DNA of 64,000 nucleotides from the human T2T-CHM13v2.0 reference genome, Homo sapiens: the NCBI RefSeq assembly GCF_009914755.1, contig NC_060925.1. One strand, written 5' to 3'. Positions 61,171-64,000 of this stretch are shown one piece after another. The notes beneath the pieces are model-generated. The model saw nothing but the letters and a program-made list of their open reading frames with translations. It was not told the origin of the DNA and ran no database searches. How positions within the stretch are numbered: position 1 is the first letter of the stretch; each line of letters starts with the position of its first letter. Both the position numbers and the translations under genes were made by a program.

Positions 61171-64000
61171 ATGGAATCGTCATCGAATGAATTGAATGCA
61201 ATCATCGAATGGTCTCGAATGGAATCATCTTCTAATGGAAAGGAATGGAATCATCGCATAGAATCGAATGGAATTATCATCGAATGGAATCGAATGGTAT
61301 CAACACCAAACGGAAAAAAACGGAATTATCGAATGGAATCGAAGAGAACCTTCGAACGGACCCGAATGGAATCATCTAATGGAATGGAATGGAATAATCC
61401 ATGGACTCGAATGCAATCATCATCGAATGGAATCGAATGGAATCATCGAATGGACTCGAATGGAATAATCATTGAACGGAATCGAATGGAATCATCATCG
61501 GATGGAAACGAATGGAATCATCATCGAATGGAAATGAAAGGTGTCATCATCTAATGGAATTGCATGGAATCATCATAAAATGGAATCGAATGGAATCAAC
61601 ATCAAATGGAATCAAATGGAATCATTGAACGGATTTGAATGGAATCATCATCGAATGAATTGACTGCAATCATCGAATGGTCTCGAATGGAATCATCTTC
61701 AAATGGAATGGAATGGAATCATCGCATAGAATCGAATGGAATTATCATCGAATGGAATCGAATGGAATCAACATCAAACGGAAAAAAACAGAATTATCGT
61801 ATGGAATCGAAGAGAATCATCGAATGGACCCGAATGGAATCATCTAATGGAATGGAATGGAATAATCCATGGACTCGAATGCAATCATCATCGAATGGAA
61901 TCGAATGGAATCATCGAATGGACTCGAATGGAATAATCATTGAACGGAATCGAATGGAATCATCATCTGATGGAAATGAATGGAATCATCATCGAATGGA
62001 ATCGAATAGAATTATGGAATGAAATCCAGTGTGATCATCATCGAATGGACCCGAATGGAATCATCATCCAACGGAAGCTAATGGAATCAACATCGAATGA
62101 ATCGAATGGAAACACCATCGAATTGAAACGAATGGAATTATCATGAAATTGAAATGGATGGACTCATCATCGAATGGATTCGAATGGAATCATCGAATAA
62201 AATTGATTGAAATCATCATCCAATGCAATCGAATGGTATCATTGAATGGAATCGAATGGAATCATCATCAGATGGAAATGAATGGAATCGTCATAGAATG
62301 GAATCGAATGGATTCATTGAATGGAATCAGATGAAATCATCGAATGGACTGGAATGGAATCATTGAATGGACTCGAAAGGGATCATTATTGAATGGAATT
62401 GAATGGAATCATCGAATGGTCTCGATTGGAATCATTATCAAATGGAATCGAATGGAATCACCGAATAGAATCGAATGGAACAATCATCGAATGGACTCAA
62501 ATGGAATTATCCTCCAATGGAATGGAATGGAATTATCGAATGCAATCGAATGGAATTATCGAATGCAATCGAATAGAATCATCGAATGGACTCGAATGGA
62601 ATCATCGAATGGAATGGAATGGAACAGTCAATGAACTCGAATGGAATCATCATTGAATGGAATCGAATGGAATCATCGAGTGGAATCGAATGGAATTATG
62701 ATCAAATGGAATCGAATGTAATCATCATCAAATGGAATCAAAAATAACCATCATCAATTGGTATTGAATGGAATTGTCATCAAATGGAATTCAAAGGAAT
62801 CATCATCAAATGGAACCGAATGGAATCCTCATTGAATGGAAATGAAAGGGGTCATCATCTAATGGAATCGCATGGAATCATCATCAAATGGAATCGAATG
62901 GAATCACCATCAAATGGAATCTAATGGAATCATTGAACAGAATTGAATGGAATCGTCATCGAATGAATTGAATGCAATCATCGAATGGTCTCGAATGGAT
63001 TCATCTTCTAATGGAAAGGAATGGAATCATCGCATAGAATCGAATGGAATTATCATCGAATGGAATCGAATGGTATCAACACCAAACGGAAAAAAACGGA
63101 ATTATCGAATGGAATCGAAGAGAATCTTCGAACGGACCCGAATGGAATCATCTAATGGAATGGAATGGAATAATCCATGGACTCGAATGCAATCATCATC
63201 GAATGGAATCGAATGGAATCATCGAATGGACTCGAATGGAATAATCATTGAACGGAATCGATTGGAATCATCATCGGATGGAAACGAATGGAATCATCAT
63301 CGAATGGAAATGAAAGGAGTCATCATCTAATGGAATTGCATGGAATCATCATAAAATGGAATCGAATGGAATCAACATCAAATGGAATCAAATGGAATCA
63401 TTGAACGGAATTGAATGGAATCGTCATCGAATGAATTGACTGCAATCATCCAATGGTCTCGAATGGAATCATCTTCAAATGGAATGGAATGGAATCATCG
63501 CATAGAATCGAATGGAATTATCATCGAATGGAATCGAATGGAATCAACATCCAACGGAAAAAAACGGAATTATCGAATGGAATCGAAGAGAATCATCGAA
63601 TGGACCCGAATGGAATCATGTAATGGAATGGAATGGAATAATCCATGGACTCGAATGCAATCATCATCGAATGGAATCGAATGGAATCATCGAATGGACT
63701 CGAATGGAATAATCATTGAACGGAATCGAATGGAATCATCATCGGATGGAAATGAATGGAATCATCATCGAATGGAATCGAATAGAATTATGGAATGAAA
63801 TCCAGTGTGATCATCATCGAATGGACCCGAATGGAATCATCATCCAACGGAAGCTAATGGAATCAACATCGAATGAATCAAATGGAAACACCATCGAATT
63901 GAAACGAATGGAATTATCATGAAATTGAAATGGATGGACTCATCATCGAATGGATTCGAATGGAATCATCGAATAAAATTGATTGAAATCATCATCGAAT
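61171..64000 (+). repeat. Return to the canonical 1776-bp S+L domain (truncated by window end)
   Basis: S at 61171 and 62947 (1776 apart); L at 61639 and 63415. Confidence 0.88.

Larger units (their letters stand above)
1..64000 (+). repeat. Human satellite II (HSat2/HSATII) tandem array, probably the chr1q12 1.77-kb family (HSat2A2/D1Z1)
   Basis: Continuous degenerate GGAAT pentamers interleaved with CGAAT and CAT/CATCAT (e.g. GAATGGAATCGAATGGAATCATCATC), the 23/26-bp HSat2 subunits. 468+1308=1776-bp period with an EcoRI site in each L module. Single orientation throughout. Confidence 0.97.

Noticed and set aside
64-63922. Hundreds of 60-163 aa ORFs (MESSSNE..., MEWNG...)
   Set aside because: They are translations of the GGAAT pentamer (M-E-W-N-G) in overlapping frames, with stops gained and lost freely between copies. 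The + strand bias follows from abundant ATG on the + strand and abundant TCA (a minus-strand TGA stop).
1-64000. CRISPR-like or prokaryotic repeat system
   Set aside because: No unique spacers, no cas or other genes; all sequence is satellite-derived.
1-64000. HSat3 assignment
   Set aside because: Pure GGAAT runs are only about three pentamers long, and CATCATCGAAT motifs typical of HSat2 dominate.
1-64000. Inversion or transposon insertion (Alu/L1/LTR)
   Set aside because: No CATTC-rich segment on the + strand, no non-satellite sequence and no poly-A tail seen; module spacings account for the entire length.

Overview
The whole 64-kb window is human satellite II (HSat2/HSATII) pericentromeric DNA, GGAAT/CGAAT-rich on the + strand, with no inversion, transposon or gene visible. 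The basic 1776-bp period with one conserved EcoRI site best fits the chromosome 1q12 1.77-kb array (D1Z1/pUC1.77, HSat2A2-type); that chromosome assignment is an inference. All listed ORFs are translation artefacts of the repeat, but their starts serve as phase markers. They show the array is built from two modules, S (468 bp) and L (1308 bp = S + 840 bp), arranged in distinct domains: a 7545-bp higher-order repeat, pure L tandem runs with an emerging 2616-bp dimer, canonical 1776-bp S+L runs, and a 2391-bp duplication carrying a divergent 615-bp unit. Shared private variants indicate a ~31-34 kb macro-duplication spanning most of the window. I found no new protein-coding or mobile system; the interest lies in the multi-scale architecture and its recombination and conversion footprints.
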